Of a stretch of 41,956 bases of DNA, positions 38,116 through 41,956 are shown one piece after another. The DNA lies in NCBI RefSeq assembly GCF_001194135.2, contig NC_068985.1, forward strand, positions 56,978,332-57,020,287. Direction: 5' to 3'. How positions within the stretch are numbered: position 1 is the stretch's first letter; each line of letters begins with the position of its first letter. This stretch comes from Octopus bimaculoides. Lineage: Eukaryota. The notes under the pieces are model-generated. The model was not told the DNA's origin and did no database searches. It saw only the letters and a program-made list of their open reading frames with translations. The translations under genes were made by a program, and so were the position numbers.

Positions 38116-39399
38116 AATATATATATTTACTTTCATGAAATCTTCGAAAGTTTAGGATATTTTCAAGGAAAGTTATATAAATATACACACACACAAAATC
38201 CCACACTCACACGCATACACATATGTACTCTTCTGTGTGTTTATGAACNNNNNNNNNNNNNNNNNNNNNNNNNNNNNNNNNNNNNNNNNNNNNNNNNNNN
38301 NNNNNNNNNNNNNNNNNNNNNNNNNNNNNNNNNNNNNNNNNNNNNNNNNNNNNNNNNNNNNNNNNNNNNNNNNNNNNNNNNNNNNNNNNNNNNNNNNNNN
38401 NNNNNNNNNNTATATATATATGTATATATATATATCTTTATATATATACATGTTTAGCTCTATATAAGTGTATATATTTGCTTGTTGATTGCTTGTGGTC
38501 ACGTGTAACATATTGATGCATAAACACTGTTCCATAATATATAAATTTGTGTAACATAGGAAGCAACGTGATATTTCTTCTTGTTCCTATTTGAAAGAAG
38601 AGACGGTATAACGACCGAGGATTCATTAAATGCGTTTACATGGAAAAATCTTGTCAAAACACAAGAAATATGTTACTGTTTGAGATATCAGAAGCAAAAC
38701 GTTGGAATATGAGATCAGATATGTCATGATTTGGAATTTGGCAGCGTATTTCTGTGTGGAATCTACACTACTTCTATTCAGATACAATCTCGATCTTTTA
38801 AGGTTTTTACATCCCACTTAAGTGGGATGTAGTAGGTTCAAAGGCTAGTCGCCCCCTTCTATTCATGTGCGCGTGGGTCTTGTTGTATTTCTACATGTAC
38901 GTGTTCGGACTTATCTGCGTGTCTAGAGTTCATGTATGTTTGCATGTATATATACATATGCATACACCCGCATATGAGTATGTATATGCATGCGTGCGTA
39001 TATGTGTACATATACTTATATATGTGTATGTATGTGAGAGTGCATACATATCCATATGTGTGTGTATGCGCGCGCGTGTGTGTATGTGTCGGAGCGTTAG
39101 TATGTATGTATATGTATATGAGAACAACGATGCATGTGTACGCATGGGCTGAATCTTAAAGGTCAGCTCTGGACAATCGCATGTATAACCAACTATGAAG
39201 AACAAATCAACAGTGCAGAGAAAGCAAACACCAATCTCTTTAAAACGGCAATTACTTTAAAGTTAGCAGAATCACCATCCTACTACATCTACATATTCAA
39301 AGCAGTTTACCAACGGTCCTTCAGTAAAACACCATGATACGCTCAGTGGCTACTACTAACTTCAGGCCACGACAGAGAGGATATCCTTGAAGCCGAGAA

Positions 39400-39955
39400 T
39401 TTGAACTTACAGAGGCATTATTTAAGTATCGCTTGAGAAAACACAATTAGATCTCACAATGCAAAGAGACGGTTGCATAGCCAATTACCTGCGTGCCTGG
39501 AGAACTACGTTACATAGAAACAATTGTAACGATTGAAAATAAATGTTCAACTGTACAATCAATGTATGACCAGAAATGTAGTGTCTAAGTACAGAGTAAA
39601 CACTAGAGGAGGCCCCTACGTATATATAGGAGCAGCGGCTAATATTTTCAAAAATTGACGTCGTAACCACATTTTTAGGTTTCGAAAAATCCTTAAACGT
39701 CATGTAACTTCACTGTCTGATTTTATCTGGAGGCTCAAGGAAGAGAAGGCAAAATATGACCTGATCCATAATTAAACATGCGAGTTCCAATAGCACATTA
39801 TCCCGAAAATGCCAATTATGTTCCGAAGAGTCACTCTCAATATTATTAACAAATGAGGGCATTATAAACAAATTTACGGAGCAATTACTCAGGTACCGGT
39901 ATGCAGCTAAACACACACTCAGATATTACAATCTAAACCATACCTAACTAATGCA
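39400..39955 (+). mobile_element. Penelope-like element, linker plus GIY-YIG remnant (same type as 18085-18750)
   Basis: ENTIRSHN, CN../LYNQCMTRNVV..YRVNTRGGPYVYIGAAANIFKN*RRNH..VTSLSDFIWRLKE / IKHASS..RKCQLCSEESLSIL..IINKFTEQLLRYRYAAKHTL. Sequence back to ~39160 may be RT thumb but is not clearly recognisable. Confidence 0.85.
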
Positions 39956-40553
39956 AAACTAACACCCATAACTAGCATGATTTCCGCGTTCATATTGGGA
40001 TTTTTTACCTTTCTATAATATTATTTGCCTTTACTCATTCCCGAACTTGGTGGACATATAACAACAAACCAGCCGACACAAAAAATCTCAAGTGAGACTT
40101 CTTTATCCATGTACCCGAAACGATCCAGACTGATGTGTCGAAACATGTACATAATAAAAGTCTAATACGAAATCCATCGCCTCCTATTAATCAATACTAT
40201 TACCCTAACTGTCACTGCAGATTCCATCAAGTCGATCCAACGGAAGTTTACCACAAACTGCGGATAACAACAGATAACCTAAAGTGAGCCGGTGGTCTAA
40301 TAACTATTTAAACACACTAATCGAATTATACGTATTAGTCCAAACCATGTCTTATATATATATATATNNNNNNNNNNNNNNNNNNNNNNNNNNNNNNNNN
40401 NNNNNNNNNNNNNNNNNNNNNNNNNNNNNNNNNNNNNNNNNNNNNNNNNNNNNNNNNNNNNNNNNNNNNNNNNNNACTGTTTAAAATAAATAGACATAAT
40501 ATAATGTCTAACAGCTGATGAATACTACCTCTGGATTCCCTCCATTTTTTTCT

Positions 40554-40585
<32 letters not shown>

Positions 40586-40681
40586 TGATAGAAAGGACAA
40601 TAAAAGAAAGAAAGAGAACGCGATATCATGTAAATAGAGGAATTTATCTGTAAAAATATGTGACGTTTATTCGGTAGCCAT

Positions 40682-40742
40682 GATAAAACTCTGAGTTTCG
40701 GATGCCGGGGTAGGAGCCCACGCCAACATCTCTTCAGTTATC
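40682..40742 (-). ncRNA. Type I hammerhead ribozyme motif (PLE-type, palindromic helix III)
   Basis: Minus strand: GATAA-CTGAAGA-GATGTTGGCGTGGGCTCCTACCCCGGCATC-C-GAAA-CTC-A-GAG-T-T-TTATC. Helix I GATAA/TTATC, core CUGAAGA, ~12-bp helix II, GAAA, helix III CTC/GAG and a GUU cleavage triplet. Confidence 0.75.
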
Positions 40743-41486
40743 CGGCCATTGAAAATTCCTGTGAAAAATGATCGTTAAACAAGGGGAAATTACTGTGTGG
40801 TTGACCGTCATTAAGACAAAAGAGCAAATAGATCGCTAAGTAAGAGGAGGGGGTAAAAGTAAGGGAGTAGAGAAGTTTATAGGTTCGCGTAAGCGCACCA
40901 ATCCGTACATTCGCCTATACGAAACCACCCTCGCTTCAAACACACACATGCTCACCCACATACTCGCCAAAAACTATACATATATGTATATATGCATATA
41001 CATACACGCATACACACTCACACGCGCGCTTGTGAGTGTCTGCGTGTATGCGGGTGCCTGCGTATATAGATATATATGCTTGCATGCGAAAATATGCGCA
41101 GTTTAGACGGGCGTGTGTATGGGTGCGGGGTTGTTGTGTGCTTGTGAGTGTGGGTGTGTATGCGTGTATATATATGCATATGTACATATACATATAGCTT
41201 TTGGCTAGTATGTGCGTGAGCGTGTGTGTGTTTACATATATGTATAGTTTTGGGCGAGTATGTGGGTGAGCATGCTTGTGTTTAAAGCGACGGTGGTTTA
41301 GTATATACATATAGGCGAATGTATGGATTGGTGTGCTTAGGCGAACCTATAGACTTCTGTACTCCCTTACTTTTACCACCTCCCCTTACATAGCGGTCTA
41401 TTAGCTCTTTTGTCTTAATAACGGTCAACCACACAGTAATTTCCCTTTATTTAACGGTCATTTTTCACAGGAATTTTCGATGCCCG

Positions 41487-41547
41487 GTTAAATGAAGAGA
41501 TGTTGGCGTGGGCTCCCACCCCGGCATCCGAAACTCGGAGTTTTATC
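41487..41547 (+). ncRNA. Degenerate copy of the same hammerhead motif
   Basis: GTTAA-ATGAAGA-GATG..CATC-C-GAAA-CTC-G-GAG-TT-TTATC. C3 is changed to A and helix I has one mismatch, so it is probably inactive. Confidence 0.65.
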
Positions 41548-41956
41548 ATGGTTACCCTGTAAGTGTCACATATTTTTACAAACATATATATATATATATA
41601 GGGAGAGAGAGAGAAAGAGAGAGGGAGGAGAGAGATAGATAGAGAGAGAGAGACATATTATGTATATTCATTTATTTGAAACAGTTCAGATAATATATAA
41701 ATACATGTGTAAAGTATTAGTAATTTCTAGAATAGAGAAAGAATAGCATTTTTAACAGCTGTTTCAGCCAAGAAGTTACAGTACCCCATATGCTCTTTCC
41801 ATCTTTTTAGTGTATCGTAGTAATCTGTAGATAAAATTTTATATGTATACATATATATATATATATGTATATATATATAATCATAAATATACAGGGATTA
41901 GCATTGAGTTGCTTCTCCAACATACTGAAAATTTAGAAATAGCAGTCAAAGAACTA

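Larger units (their letters stand above)
40649..41580. mobile_element. ORF-less foldback element with ~370-bp inverted arms, each carrying a hammerhead motif
   Basis: The left arm (tgtaaaaatatgtgac.. 40649 to ~41023) is the reverse complement of the right arm (~41145 to 41580, ..gtcacatatttttaca) with scattered mismatches. Spacer ~120 bp, TG-rich; the right end abuts (TA)n. Confidence 0.92.

Noticed and set aside
3143-38535. Long ORFs in the supplied track (e.g. 15332-16594, 27503-29023, 11847-12797)
   Set aside because: They are open only because they cross N gaps and TA/CA microsatellites (YIYI, HTHT, VCVC translations).

Overview
AT-rich, microsatellite-dense eukaryotic intergenic or intronic DNA with 11 assembly gaps (about 4.8 kb of N). 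The mix of repeats (tRNA-headed SINEs with internal TA/TG tracts, R4/Dong-like, RTE, L1/Tx1 and CR1 LINEs, mariner, Penelope-like elements) suggests a cephalopod such as Octopus; this is inference from recalled repeat families, not a search result. I found no intact host protein-coding gene, tRNA or rRNA gene, or CRISPR array, and the long ORFs in the supplied track are gap or microsatellite artefacts. Almost all recognisable coding sequence is decayed transposon: three Penelope-like (PLE) remnants, REL-type LINE ends, two tandem L1/Tx1 ORF2 copies, CR1, RTE, a maT/Tc1-type end and a near full-length mariner. The most interesting signals are non-coding. (i) A ~930-bp ORF-less foldback (40649-41580) carries a type I hammerhead ribozyme motif in each arm; the minus-strand copy has an intact core and the plus-strand copy is mutated. 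(ii) A second repeat family (5030-5450; 26402-26663) has hammerhead topology with a non-canonical core and the same tails-out inverted geometry. (iii) A Ulp1/C48-like peptidase remnant lies immediately upstream of, and co-oriented with, a PLE reverse transcriptase (295-1415).
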